Below are positions 49,050 through 59,012 of a stretch of 64,000 nt of DNA, piece by piece. Positions within the stretch are counted from its first letter, which is position 1; each line of letters opens with the position of its first letter. The stretch covers positions 736,001-800,000 of the forward strand of contig OZ245015.1 in the NCBI GenBank assembly GCA_965223705.1, written 5' to 3'. The position numbers and the translations under genes are program-made. The DNA comes from Myxococcota bacterium (GTDB taxonomy: Bacteria > Myxococcota_A > UBA9160 > UBA6930). The notes beneath the pieces were generated by a model. The model was not told where the DNA came from. It made no database searches and saw only the letters and a program-made list of their open reading frames with translations.

Positions 49050-49925
49050 TTGCCAGAATTAAGATCGGGACGCCGCCGCTGTCTCGCCTACCCTTGGGGA
49101 GTGGGGCGATCTTCGACTTCCGGGCTCGAGATCTTCATCGTTTCGGACGGAACGGGCGAGACCGCAGAATCCGCGACGCGGGCGGCGCTGACGCAGTTCT
49201 CGTCGCCCTGGGAGCTGCGGAGTTTCGGTCAAATTCGGTCCGAGGCGCAGATCGACGCGGTGTTGACCGAGGCGGCGGAGCGCGGTGCCGTCGTTGTCTT
49301 CACCATCGTCCGAGAGGCGTTGGCGTCCCTCGTCGTCGAACGCTGCGAAGCCCTGCAGGTCCGCTGTGTCGACGTGCTGGGCCCCGTCCTTGGCACTCTC
49401 GCCGCCGCGCTCGGAACAGAGCCTCTTCACCGTCCAGGACTCGCGCACGGGGTGACGCCGGATTACTTCCGCCGCATCGAAGCCGTGGAGTTCTCGGTCA
49501 GCCACGACGATGGCGCGAACTTGGCGACGCTCCACCAGGCCGATCTCGTGCTGACCGGCGTGTCTCGGAGTTCGAAGACGCCTCTTTCGATGTACTTGGC
49601 TCACCGCGGCTACAAAGCGGCCAACGTGCCGTGGGTGGCTTCCGTCGAGCCTCCGGAAGCGCTTCTCGAGCTACCCGTCGATCGCGTGTTCGGGTTGACC
49701 GTCGACCCGGACACGCTTACGGAAGTTCGTCGCGCACGGGTGCGGGCGCTCGGCAGCTCGCCGTGGGCGCACTATTCCGATCCGGAAGCCGTCCGCGAAG
49801 AATTGAAAGAGGCACGCCGTTTTTTTCGCGAGCAGGGCTTTCGGGTCATCGATATCACCGGAAGGGCCGTCGAGGAGAACGCGGCACGGGTCATCCAAAA
49901 GATGCAACGCCGGGCGTCGGGGTAG
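49050..49925 (+). CDS. pyruvate/PEP dikinase regulatory protein (DUF299, PSRP)
   Basis: [19 protein letters not shown]...[22 protein letters not shown]; start uncertain. Confidence 0.9.
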   Translation: MPELRSGRRRCLAYPWGVGRSSTSGLEIFIVSDGTGETAESATRAALTQFSSPWELRSFGQIRSEAQIDAVLTEAAERGAVVVFTIVREALASLVVERCEALQVRCVDVLGPVLGTLAAALGTEPLHRPGLAHGVTPDYFRRIEAVEFSVSHDDGANLATLHQADLVLTGVSRSSKTPLSMYLAHRGYKAANVPWVASVEPPEALLELPVDRVFGLTVDPDTLTEVRRARVRALGSSPWAHYSDPEAVREELKEARRFFREQGFRVIDITGRAVEENAARVIQKMQRRASG

Positions 49926-49928
49926 GGC

Positions 49929-52900
49929 TCAGCCCTCGGAGCGAGCCTCGGCCTCCGCTTCTTCGAGGAGTGCCCGGGCAAAGCGCGGTTTCACGATCGC
50001 GTAGAACGCCGGGACGATCGTCAGGGCTCCCAGCATGTTGATCACCATGAGGATCACCAGGAGCTGCGCCATTTCGGCTTGGAAGCGCAGATCGGAGAGC
50101 ATCCAGAGGGCGATCCCGCCGACGATGGTGGTGGCCGTAAAGCTCACCGCCATGCCCGTCGTCCGCACCGCCCGGCGAACCGCCTCGGCCATGTCGCCGC
50201 GGGTATGGACGACCTCTTGCCGAATGCGGTCGACGATGTAGATGGCGTAATCGACGCCGATGCCCACCCCGACGGACTGCACGGGCAGCGTGTTGATGTT
50301 GAGCCCCACGTCGCGCCACGCCATGTAGGCCAGCGAGAGCATCGTCGCTGTGGCCAGCTGGATGACGATGATGGTACCGCTCCAGAGCGAGCGATAGACC
50401 AGCGTCTGCAGGACATAGACGACCAGCAAGATCAGCGAGATGTTCGCGATGTGACCGCGCTCGACTTCGTCGTTGACGGCGGCGAGGATTCCCATGACAC
50501 CGCCCGCCAACACAAACTGTACGCCGCGCGTCCACGAGTTTGTGGGCTGGTACTTGGGGGTCTGATCGACGGCCTTCAGATCCTGGACGATGAGGTCGCG
50601 CGTGTGAATGGCCAGTGCGCGTATGCCGAGCTCGTCGTCTTCCCAGTAGGCGTCGACGTCGGAGAGCTCCCAATCGCCGAGCCGACTCGGCCACCAGAGG
50701 ATCTCTCCTTCCGCGACGCGGCTGCGCTCTTCGGCGTAGTCGGCGATGGCTGCCTCTCGGAACGCTCCGGCCCACTCGGGGAGCTCGCTCGCGTCCGCGA
50801 CTTCTGTACCCAGTCGTGCAGTAAAGGCGCCGTCATCGGTGCGCAACGTCGCACGCAACGTGTGGTGCCGTTCCGGAAGCATGGGACCGATCATGTAGTA
50901 GAGCTTGTCGAGCAGGCTCTCTCGCGAGAAGAACGGCGCGCCATCTTCGGCGCGGTCACGGTCCAGGCGTAAGTTTACGGCGCCGATCGGGTGCTCGACG
51001 ATGAATCGCCGTGCCGCTTCGACGGCGCGACGGATCGTGTCGCCCCGATGGTCGGGGAAGAAGAACTGAATGTTCGCTTCCCGACTATCGTCGGTCATGA
51101 ACGGCCGAAGAAAACCCGGTGGGCCGTTCGTCTTGAGCTGGAACAAGACGTTACGAACGGTTCCGGGTTCGTCGGGGACGAACTGCCATTTCGGATCCCC
51201 GTAGTGATTCTGTTGCCAATAGGCCCGGATGATCGGAACGATCGAAACCGTCGCGCCGACGTCCGTGTAGCGACGCATCCAGCGCTCGAACTCCTCGAGC
51301 CGTTTGATCGGTTCGGGATCGGCATTCGCGTTGTCGCGGTCGCCATCGGCGTACACCACGAACGAATCGACACCGCCGAAGCGCTCCGCAATTTCGGCGG
51401 TGGCGACGTTGAATTCATGATCGGGCCACAGTAGGAACGACCCCGGATTCGCTTCGCCAATGGTTGAATGCTCGAGGACAATGACGGTCGACACGGCGAG
51501 GACCAGCAGTGCGGTGCCCGCGACGACCCACTTTCCGACCGCGTGGGTTACGAAGTTTCCGAGCCCCGTGAGACCGCGAACCATGAAACCCGGCAAGTAG
51601 TGCTTCGAGTCGTGGGGCGCGGGCAAGTAGCAGATCATCACGGGATGCAGGATCTCGACGGTAAAAAGGATCGATACGACCCAGAACGCACCGAACACGG
51701 CGAGGTCACGCATCTGCGGGATCGTGGTGATGAGAATGACTAGGAGCCCGAGGAAGTCCGTGATGATGCCCAACGTGCCGGGAACGATGAGCTCCGCCAT
51801 CGCTTGTGTCGCGGCCTCGTTCTTGGCGCCGTCGATATCGTCGCCGTACTCCGGTGCCAGGCGTTCGTAGTCTTCAAAGAAACGCTCCGCCATTTGCACG
51901 GTGTGGGAGACCGCGCGCGCCGTGATGATCATCGGGATGACCAAGACGAGCGGATCAAACGTGATGCCGACCCAGCCCGTAAACCCCAAGCCCCAGAGTG
52001 CCGTCGCGAGGGCCGCGATGAACGGAATCAACACGCCGTGTAGACGGCGGAAGTAGATCAAGAGGAGGAGGAAGGTCACCAGGATCGTCAGTGCGACGAA
52101 GAGCCCGATCTGGAAAGCGTGCTCGATGATCCAGCCCTGGTGCGTCGGTTCACCTGAGACATAGACCGCGACTTTGTCGTCTTCTTCCTCCGCCTTGATG
52201 CGTTGTACGTGCTCGAAGACGGCCTGGTAGATCTCGCGGCTGTTCAGCCGGTCGGAGACGAAATCCGCCGAAATAAACGCACCTTGCTCATCGAGCGAGA
52301 CGAGTCGTCCGTAGATGAGCGGGGGGTTTTGAAGCACCAGGTCCCGAATGCGATCCGCTTCTTCCTGGGTCTCCGGCACCGTCTTCATCAAGACGTCGGA
52401 CGTGATCGCGCCGTCGGCCTCGATCGTGACGACGCGCGTGCTCCGCGCAGCGAGTGAGTTCACCCGGTCGTGGTTGACGGGGTAGGGGGGATACCTGCGG
52501 TCGAGCTCTCGACCGATTTCCGCGGAGGAGAGCCCATCGGCCTCGAGTTTGGCACGGAGCGCTTCCCGCTCCTCGGTGTGACTGTCGTACCCCACGCCAT
52601 CGAGGCGATCGGTGATCGTTCGGATCTTGCCGAGAATGTGCGGCGTAAAAATCGTGCCTTCCCGGGCGACGACGGCGATGGCGACGAGGGAGGAGCCTCC
52701 GAAGTGTCGAGAGAATTCATCTTGCGCGTGGATAAAGGGATGGTCGGGCCACAGCGAGCGCGCGCTGGCATCGACCCGGACCACCGGGCCCGGTAGTGGC
52801 GTTCCGAACGCGGTCGAGACGGCATTCACCGTGGGGTACAAGAAGAACAGGGTCGCGCTGAGCAGGGCGAGCGCGATCCACCCCCTGTTTCCGACGACGA

Positions 52901-52946
52901 AACGCGCCAGTCGCATCGTGAATGAGGCGGGATTGTCGTCGACCAT
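49929..52946 (-). CDS. MMPL/RND-family transporter
   Basis: two repeats of 1+5 TM helices with large extracytoplasmic loops; GVGIGVDYAIY. Confidence 0.88.
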   Translation of the reverse strand: MVDDNPASFTMRLARFVVGNRGWIALALLSATLFFLYPTVNAVSTAFGTPLPGPVVRVDASARSLWPDHPFIHAQDEFSRHFGGSSLVAIAVVAREGTIFTPHILGKIRTITDRLDGVGYDSHTEEREALRAKLEADGLSSAEIGRELDRRYPPYPVNHDRVNSLAARSTRVVTIEADGAITSDVLMKTVPETQEEADRIRDLVLQNPPLIYGRLVSLDEQGAFISADFVSDRLNSREIYQAVFEHVQRIKAEEEDDKVAVYVSGEPTHQGWIIEHAFQIGLFVALTILVTFLLLLIYFRRLHGVLIPFIAALATALWGLGFTGWVGITFDPLVLVIPMIITARAVSHTVQMAERFFEDYERLAPEYGDDIDGAKNEAATQAMAELIVPGTLGIITDFLGLLVILITTIPQMRDLAVFGAFWVVSILFTVEILHPVMICYLPAPHDSKHYLPGFMVRGLTGLGNFVTHAVGKWVVAGTALLVLAVSTVIVLEHSTIGEANPGSFLLWPDHEFNVATAEIAERFGGVDSFVVYADGDRDNANADPEPIKRLEEFERWMRRYTDVGATVSIVPIIRAYWQQNHYGDPKWQFVPDEPGTVRNVLFQLKTNGPPGFLRPFMTDDSREANIQFFFPDHRGDTIRRAVEAARRFIVEHPIGAVNLRLDRDRAEDGAPFFSRESLLDKLYYMIGPMLPERHHTLRATLRTDDGAFTARLGTEVADASELPEWAGAFREAAIADYAEERSRVAEGEILWWPSRLGDWELSDVDAYWEDDELGIRALAIHTRDLIVQDLKAVDQTPKYQPTNSWTRGVQFVLAGGVMGILAAVNDEVERGHIANISLILLVVYVLQTLVYRSLWSGTIIVIQLATATMLSLAYMAWRDVGLNINTLPVQSVGVGIGVDYAIYIVDRIRQEVVHTRGDMAEAVRRAVRTTGMAVSFTATTIVGGIALWMLSDLRFQAEMAQLLVILMVINMLGALTIVPAFYAIVKPRFARALLEEAEAEARSEG

Positions 52947-53048
52947 GCTCGTCCTTGATGCGGAGCGGCTCCATGGCGCCGCGCCGCCCCGCGCAGGATA
53001 GCCGTGCGCCCTCGCTTCGCTCGCGCCGTCGGTTGCTACCGTCCTTCC

Positions 53049-54038
53049 GTGACTTCCCGCAAACCCACGTTGTTCGTGACCCGCCGACTGCCCGGCGCAG
53101 CACTCGCGTCGGTCGCCGATCGCATCGAACTCGACGTGTTCGAAGGCGACGCCGCTCCCGAACCGGAAACGTTGCTCGAGCGTACCGCTCGAGCCGACGG
53201 TTTGTTGTGTTTGTTGACCGACCGGATCGATACCGCCTTGCTCGCAGCGAGTCCCGGCCTACGCGTGGTTTCGAGCTGCTCGGTGGGGCTCGATCACGTC
53301 GATCTCGACGCATGCACGGATCGCGGCATTCCCGTTGGCCACACGCCCGGCGTGCTGGTCGATACGACCGCTGAACTGACGTTGGCACTCCTGTTCGCCA
53401 CCGCGCGCCGCATCGCGGAAGCGGATCGTTTCGTCCGGTCCGGAAGCTGGAAAACCTGGGAGCCGGAGCTCATGCTCGGCCGCGATCTCAGCGGCGCGAC
53501 ACTCGGGGTGATCGGCCTCGGTGCGATCGGGCGCGCCGTCGCAACGCGCGCGCAGGCCTTGGGAATGGACGTCACGGCTTGGTCGCGATCCGGTCGGTCC
53601 GTCGCCGGTGTTCGCAACGTCACCCTGGAGGAACTCTTACGCGGGTCGGACTTCGTCAGCATCCACGTCGCATTGGTCCCGGAGACGCGAGGCCTGATCG
53701 ACGCGGACGCGCTCGCTCGGATGAAGCCGGGGGCCATTCTAGTGAACACCGCACGGGGCGGAATTGTCGACGAAGGCGCGCTCGCGGAGCGCCTGTCGAG
53801 CGGAGCGATTGCGGCGGCGGGCCTCGACGTATTTGCCGACGAACCGCTACCGGCGGATTCACCGCTCCTCGGGCTTGCGAACGTCGTTTTGCTGCCGCAC
53901 ATCGGCAGCGCGAGCTATCGAACCCGAGAGCGCATGGCCGACCTGGCGGTGGCGAATGCGCTGGCCGGTCTCACGGGCGAGTGTCTGCCGCACTGCGGCA
54001 ATCCGGAGGTCTATTCGAGCGCGGCCGCGCGACACTGA
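53049..54038 (+). CDS. D-2-hydroxyacid dehydrogenase (glyoxylate/hydroxypyruvate reductase)
   Basis: GLGAIG, NTARG, AGLDVF..EP, PHIGSA. Confidence 0.9.
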   Translation: MTSRKPTLFVTRRLPGAALASVADRIELDVFEGDAAPEPETLLERTARADGLLCLLTDRIDTALLAASPGLRVVSSCSVGLDHVDLDACTDRGIPVGHTPGVLVDTTAELTLALLFATARRIAEADRFVRSGSWKTWEPELMLGRDLSGATLGVIGLGAIGRAVATRAQALGMDVTAWSRSGRSVAGVRNVTLEELLRGSDFVSIHVALVPETRGLIDADALARMKPGAILVNTARGGIVDEGALAERLSSGAIAAAGLDVFADEPLPADSPLLGLANVVLLPHIGSASYRTRERMADLAVANALAGLTGECLPHCGNPEVYSSAAARH

Positions 54039-54427
54039 TCGAGAAACTCGCGAGGCGAAACGACGCTGGCTCCGCGATGCTGACAGCGGCCCGAGAGGCT
54101 GTGGTCGGCGGTGACAACGCGAACGGCTTCGGGTGCCGGGGCTCGTCGAACGGCGGCCGCGATCCAGGCATCCGCCGACGGAGCGAAGACCACCCGCATG
54201 GCCGCGCCGTCTTCGCCGGGGGGCGCGGGCCGGGGACCGTCGAACACGACCGTCACCGGTGAGTCCTCGCTCGCCACCGGCGCGACGATGCGAAGGAGCT
54301 TGTCGCGCGCCTCGCGCCGCCACCAGCCCTCCTGCGTTTCGTCGCTCCGAACGAGGCCGCCGACCTGCAGGACGTTGAAGCCGTCGACCAACCACGTCGT
54401 GCGCTCACACACCTTTGCCATGACCAC
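54011..54427 (-). CDS. NYN/YacP-like (PIN-fold) nuclease
   Basis: LVDGFNV, VVFDG, SADAWI, VVTAD. Confidence 0.75.
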   Translation of the reverse strand: MVMAKVCERTTWLVDGFNVLQVGGLVRSDETQEGWWRREARDKLLRIVAPVASEDSPVTVVFDGPRPAPPGEDGAAMRVVFAPSADAWIAAAVRRAPAPEAVRVVTADHSLSGRCQHRGASVVSPREFLDQCRAAALE

Positions 54428-54476
54428 TAAAGTTAGAGCGGTTGCGGCCGTGCTGGGACTCGTCTACCACCGGCGC

Positions 54477-55352
54477 ATGGCGTCACCCGGGAAAGAGCTC
54501 CGCATCGGACTCGTCCAGCAACGCTGCGGGGACGATCACGAGGCGAACTTCGCCCGCGCGGCTTCCGGCATCGAAGAAGCTGCGGACCGGGGTGCCACGC
54601 TCGTCTGCCTTCAGGAGCTCTTCCGCACGCCGTACTTTTGTCAGAGTGAAGACGCGTCGGTGTTCGATCTCGCCGAACCCGTTCCGGGACCCAGCACCGA
54701 GCGGCTCGGCAAGCTCGCCGCGAGACGCGGTGTCGCGATCGTGGCGTCGCTCTTTGAGCGGCGCGCGGCCGGCCTCTATCACAACACCGCGGTGATCATC
54801 GACCGCGACGGGAAGATCGCGTCGCGCTATCGCAAACTCCACATCCCCGACGATCCTCTCTACTACGAGAAGTTCTATTTCACGCCCGGCGATCTCGGCG
54901 TCGAGACGGCGGACATCGCGGACGCACGGATCGCCACGCTCGTCTGCTGGGACCAGTGGTTTCCCGAAGCGGCGCGCCTCGCCGCGTTGGGTGGGGCCCA
55001 AGTGGTGACCTACCCGACCGCGATTGGCTGGCAGTTCGACGAGGGAGCGGAGATCGACGCGGCGCAGCGCGACGCCTGGGAAACGGTTCAGCGCTCCCAC
55101 GCCATTGCGAACGGCGTGTTCGTCGTCGCCGTCAACCGCGTCGGGCCCGAGGGAGGCATCCGCTTTTGGGGGAGCTCCTTCGTCGCAGACCCCTTCGGTC
55201 GCGTTCTCGCCCGAGCCTCCGAGACGGACGAGGAGGTGCTCGTGGTGCCCTGCGATCTCGGTAGGGTCGAGTCCGTCCGCAGGGACTGGCCCTTTCTCCG
55301 GGATCGCCGTGTCGACGTCTACGGAGATCTCGTGCGGCGCTACCGGGACTAG
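54477..55352 (+). CDS. aguB: N-carbamoylputrescine amidase (nitrilase family)
   Basis: LQELF, YRKLHIPDDP.YYEKFYF, VCWDQWFPE triad, YPTAIG; adjacent to aguA. Confidence 0.88.
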   Translation: MASPGKELRIGLVQQRCGDDHEANFARAASGIEEAADRGATLVCLQELFRTPYFCQSEDASVFDLAEPVPGPSTERLGKLAARRGVAIVASLFERRAAGLYHNTAVIIDRDGKIASRYRKLHIPDDPLYYEKFYFTPGDLGVETADIADARIATLVCWDQWFPEAARLAALGGAQVVTYPTAIGWQFDEGAEIDAAQRDAWETVQRSHAIANGVFVVAVNRVGPEGGIRFWGSSFVADPFGRVLARASETDEEVLVVPCDLGRVESVRRDWPFLRDRRVDVYGDLVRRYRD

Positions 55353-55353
55353 G

Positions 55354-56406
55354 GTGGAGCGGGAGAGCGACGAAGCGTCGCCCGCCGCCTCGGGTTTTCG
55401 ATGGCCAGCCGAGTGGGAGACCCACCGCGCGACGTGGCTCGCTTGGCCGCACAACCCCGAAACCTGGCCCGGGATGCTCGAGCGAGCGGAGGCGGCTTTC
55501 GCGGAAATCGTTCTCGCCCTTTGCGAGCTGGAAATGATCGAAATTCTCGTCGGCGACGAGCGGACGGAAGGTCGCGCGCGAGAGCGACTCGCGGCCCGCG
55601 GAGTACCCGATCGCCGGGTGGTCTTCCGACGGATTTCCACGGACGACTCCTGGCTGCGAGACACCGGACCGGTCTTTCTGTCGCGCGGGCCGGAGCTCGC
55701 CGGGATCGATTTCCAGTTCGATGCCTGGGGGGGAAAGTATCCACCCTGGGAGCGGGATGGCGCTGTGGGTCGTGCGGTGGCCGAGGCCGCGGGCGCCCGG
55801 GTGTTCGACGCGCCCTTCGTTCTCGAGGGCGGCTCGATCGACGGCGACGGCCAGGGGACCGTCCTCACCACCGAGAGCTGTCTGCTCGAATCGCGCCCCG
55901 AGGCCGGCCGCGATCGGGCTCGGATGGAGGGGCGCCTCGCGGACTTTCTCGGGGCTCGTTCGGTCGTTTGGCTCTCCGGGGCTGTTGCGGGCGACGACAC
56001 CGACGGCCATATCGATGACCTGGCACGTTTCGCAGCCCCGGGGATCGTCGTCGCCGGCCGCGAGGCGAATGAGTCGGATGCGAATTACCGCGCTCTCGAA
56101 GAAAACCTCGAGAAGCTCGCGTCCGCCGAAGACGCAGCCGGTCGGCGGTTCGAGGTGGTTCCCCTTCCGATGCCCAGTCCGGTGTGGGAGGGCGGGGTGC
56201 GCTGTCCCGCGAGCTATTTGAACTTCTACATCGCGAACGGGGCGGTCTTGGTCCCGACCTTCGACGTCCCCGAGGACGAACGCGCGATCGGTATTTTGGC
56301 CGAGCTCTTCCCGACGCGAGAGATGATCCCGATCCCGGCCCGCCCGCTCATCGTCGGCTTTGGCGCGGTCCACTGCTTGACCCAGCAGGAGCCCGCCGTG
56401 ACCTAG
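55354..56406 (+). CDS. aguA: agmatine deiminase
   Basis: PAEWE.H, WLRDTGP, EGGSI, DDTDGHID, ASYLNF, GAVHCLTQQ. Confidence 0.92.
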   Translation: MERESDEASPAASGFRWPAEWETHRATWLAWPHNPETWPGMLERAEAAFAEIVLALCELEMIEILVGDERTEGRARERLAARGVPDRRVVFRRISTDDSWLRDTGPVFLSRGPELAGIDFQFDAWGGKYPPWERDGAVGRAVAEAAGARVFDAPFVLEGGSIDGDGQGTVLTTESCLLESRPEAGRDRARMEGRLADFLGARSVVWLSGAVAGDDTDGHIDDLARFAAPGIVVAGREANESDANYRALEENLEKLASAEDAAGRRFEVVPLPMPSPVWEGGVRCPASYLNFYIANGAVLVPTFDVPEDERAIGILAELFPTREMIPIPARPLIVGFGAVHCLTQQEPAVT

Positions 56407-56515
56407 TCGCGGGAAGTTGGTGCAGCCAGGGGCCGGATTAGGTACACCCAGGCAAGCCAAGACCCCGAGAAGCCAAGTCTTTCCGTTAAGCGGCTCCGCT
56501 CGTGAGGAGGTCATT

Positions 56516-58234
56516 TTGATCGAAGTCAAGGAACACGATCTGCTGATCGTCGGCGCCGGAGGCGCCGGCCTACGGGCGGCAATCGCCGCCGCCGAAGCGG
56601 ACCCGGAAGCGAGCATCGCCGTCGTTTCGAAGGTCTACCCGATGAGGAGTCACACCGTCTCCGCTGAAGGCGGTGCCGCGGCCGTCGCTCGGGCCGACGA
56701 CACCATCGAGATGCACGGGTATGACACCGTGAAAGGATCGGATTTTCTCGGCGACCAAGACGTCATCCAGTATTTCGTGGAGGAGGCTCCCAAGGAGCTG
56801 ACGCTCCTCGAGCATTGGGGTTGTCCCTGGAGCCGCAACGAAGACGGGTCCCCGGCGACCCGAGCGTTCGGTGGCATGACCACGAAGCGCACCTGGTACG
56901 CGGCCGACAAAGTCGGGTTCCACATCCTGCACACGCTGTTCCAGCACTCGATGCGGTTCGACAACATCGTACGCTACGACGAGAACTTCGCGACGGCGCT
57001 GCTGGTGGACGACGGTGCGGTACGCGGTGTGGCGTCGCTGTCGATCCGCGAAGGCATCGTGCGCTGCATTCTGGGCCGTGCGGTGATCCTCGCGACGGGC
57101 GGCGCCGGAAAATGCTTCCCGTTCACGACGAACGGCATGATCAAGACCGGCGACGGCATGGCGCTCGCTTACCGCGCAGGCGTTGCCTTGAAAGACATGG
57201 AGTTCGTGCAGTATCACCCGACCGGACTGCCCGGGACGGGCATTCTCATCACCGAAGCCTCCCGCGGCGAGGGCGGCTACCTGCGCAACGCCCAGGGCGA
57301 GCGCTTCCTGGTCGACTACGACTACGGCGTCGGAACCAAGGCCGAACTCGGTCCGAGAGACATGATCTCGCGCGCCATCATGGGAGAGATCGCCGCCGGT
57401 CGCGCGGTGAAGGGAACGTATGGCGAGCACGCGCTCCTCGATCTCACGCACTTGGGCGAAGAGAAGATCATGACGCGGCTGCCCTTCGTGCGAGAGCTCG
57501 GAACCACGTATGCCGGGGTCGATCCCGTGCACGAGCCGCTGCCGGTCCGCCCGGTGGTGCACTACATGATGGGCGGTGTCGATACGGACATCACGACCGC
57601 CACATCACTTCCCGGTCTCTACGCGGCCGGCGAAGTCGCGAGCGCCTCGCTCAACGGTGCGAATCGGCTGGGATCGAACTCGCTCACGGAGTGCCTCGTC
57701 TTCGGCGCGCGGGCCGGACTCACCGCACTCGAGTACGCGAAGGGCGTCGAGGCCGGTAACGAAGCGCGTCTCCGAAGCCAGACGGCGGACGAGGCCGAAC
57801 GGCTCGACGGTCTTCGCGGGCGCAAGAAGGGCGGCGAGCGCATCTCGCAGATTCGTCGCGAGATGAACGAATCGCTCGAGACCGGTTGCGGTGTCTACCG
57901 CGAGCAGGAGACCATGGCCCAGACCGTGCGCACCATGGCCCAGCTGCGGGGTCGCGTGGCGGACCTCGGCCTCGAAGACGAGAGCAAGGTGTTCAACACC
58001 GAGCTCGTCGCGGCCCTCGAGCTGCACAACATGGTCGATGTGGCCGAGACCGTGGCCATCGCGGCGCACGCGCGGAAAGAGTCTCGGGGCGCCCACGCGT
58101 GTAGCGACTTTCCAAATCGCAACGATCAGGAATATCTGCATCACTCCCTCGTTTACTGGGATCCTGCAGGTCCGCGCTTGGATAAGAAGTCGGTGAATTT
58201 GGGAACCTGGGAACCCGAGGAACGGAAGTACTGA
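56516..58234 (+). CDS. frdA: fumarate reductase flavoprotein
   Basis: SKVYPMRSHTVSAEGG (FAD-His; Glu as in Frd), QYHPTG, ELGPRD, HYMMGG, GANRLGSNSL; TTG after GAGGAGG. Confidence 0.9.
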   Translation: MIEVKEHDLLIVGAGGAGLRAAIAAAEADPEASIAVVSKVYPMRSHTVSAEGGAAAVARADDTIEMHGYDTVKGSDFLGDQDVIQYFVEEAPKELTLLEHWGCPWSRNEDGSPATRAFGGMTTKRTWYAADKVGFHILHTLFQHSMRFDNIVRYDENFATALLVDDGAVRGVASLSIREGIVRCILGRAVILATGGAGKCFPFTTNGMIKTGDGMALAYRAGVALKDMEFVQYHPTGLPGTGILITEASRGEGGYLRNAQGERFLVDYDYGVGTKAELGPRDMISRAIMGEIAAGRAVKGTYGEHALLDLTHLGEEKIMTRLPFVRELGTTYAGVDPVHEPLPVRPVVHYMMGGVDTDITTATSLPGLYAAGEVASASLNGANRLGSNSLTECLVFGARAGLTALEYAKGVEAGNEARLRSQTADEAERLDGLRGRKKGGERISQIRREMNESLETGCGVYREQETMAQTVRTMAQLRGRVADLGLEDESKVFNTELVAALELHNMVDVAETVAIAAHARKESRGAHACSDFPNRNDQEYLHHSLVYWDPAGPRLDKKSVNLGTWEPEERKY

Positions 58235-58980
58235 TGAGCTCCGAGAAGAAAACATTCAAGGTCACGCGGTTCGATCCAGACCAAGACGAGCTGCCGCGCA
58301 CACAGACCTACGAGATTCCGGTTCGAGACGATTGGAAAGTGCTCGACGCGCTGAACTACATCAAAGACGAAGTCGATCCTTCGCTCTCGCATCGTTGGTC
58401 TTGCCGCATGGCTGTGTGCGGGAGCTGCGGGATGCAGGTGAACGGCGAACCGAAATTGACCTGCAAGACGGCGCTCAGCGACTACGGTGACACGCTCGAA
58501 GTGGAGCCCCTCGCGAACTTCCCCGTGATTCGCGACCTGGTCGTCGAGTTGGAAGGCTTCATGGAGAAGTTCAAGGCGGTGAAGCCTTGGATCATGTCCG
58601 CGAAAGAGCGCGCCGCGGAAGACGGCCCGACGACCCAGTCACCGGAAGAGCTGGCGGAGTTCAAGCAGTTCAGCATGTGTATCAACTGCATGCTGTGTTA
58701 CGCGGCCTGTCCCGTGGTGGGCAACGAACCGGATTTTCTCGGCCCGGCTGCGTTGGCGCTCGGTCACCGTTACAACCAGGATACGCGTGACGACGGCGCA
58801 GCGGAGCGCAACGACGTGTTCCGAGACGAAGGAGGGGTATTCGCGTGCTCGTACGCGAACGAGTGCAGCAACGTGTGTCCGAAGAACGTCGACCCGTCGG
58901 CGGCGATCCAGCAGGCGAAGCTCATGAACGTGCTGGATTGGGCGAAGAGCTTCGTCATTCCCCGAGGAGGTCAGTCATGA
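58234..58980 (+). CDS. frdB: fumarate reductase iron-sulfur subunit
   Basis: SCRMAVCGSCG...C, CINCMLCYAACP, C.....C..VCP; AAIQQ.K. Confidence 0.92.
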   Translation: MSSEKKTFKVTRFDPDQDELPRTQTYEIPVRDDWKVLDALNYIKDEVDPSLSHRWSCRMAVCGSCGMQVNGEPKLTCKTALSDYGDTLEVEPLANFPVIRDLVVELEGFMEKFKAVKPWIMSAKERAAEDGPTTQSPEELAEFKQFSMCINCMLCYAACPVVGNEPDFLGPAALALGHRYNQDTRDDGAAERNDVFRDEGGVFACSYANECSNVCPKNVDPSAAIQQAKLMNVLDWAKSFVIPRGGQS

Positions 58981-59012
58981 ACTCCGTCGTCAGTCGAGGA
59001 GGCCAGTCATGA
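58963..59012 (+). repeat. 18-bp direct repeat (period 32) creating an 11-aa mini-ORF at 58977-59012
   Basis: CGAGGAGGTCAGTCATGA 58963-58980 and CGAGGAGGCCAGTCATGA 58995-59012. Confidence 0.85.

Noticed and set aside
47735..50041. 768-aa plus-strand ORF, and similar long ORFs at 1472-3220, 7492-8952, 15298-16599, 33583-35679 and 36788-38230
   Set aside because: They overlap, mostly antisense, genes with clear motifs and have no motifs of their own. Such shadow ORFs are expected from high-GC codon bias.
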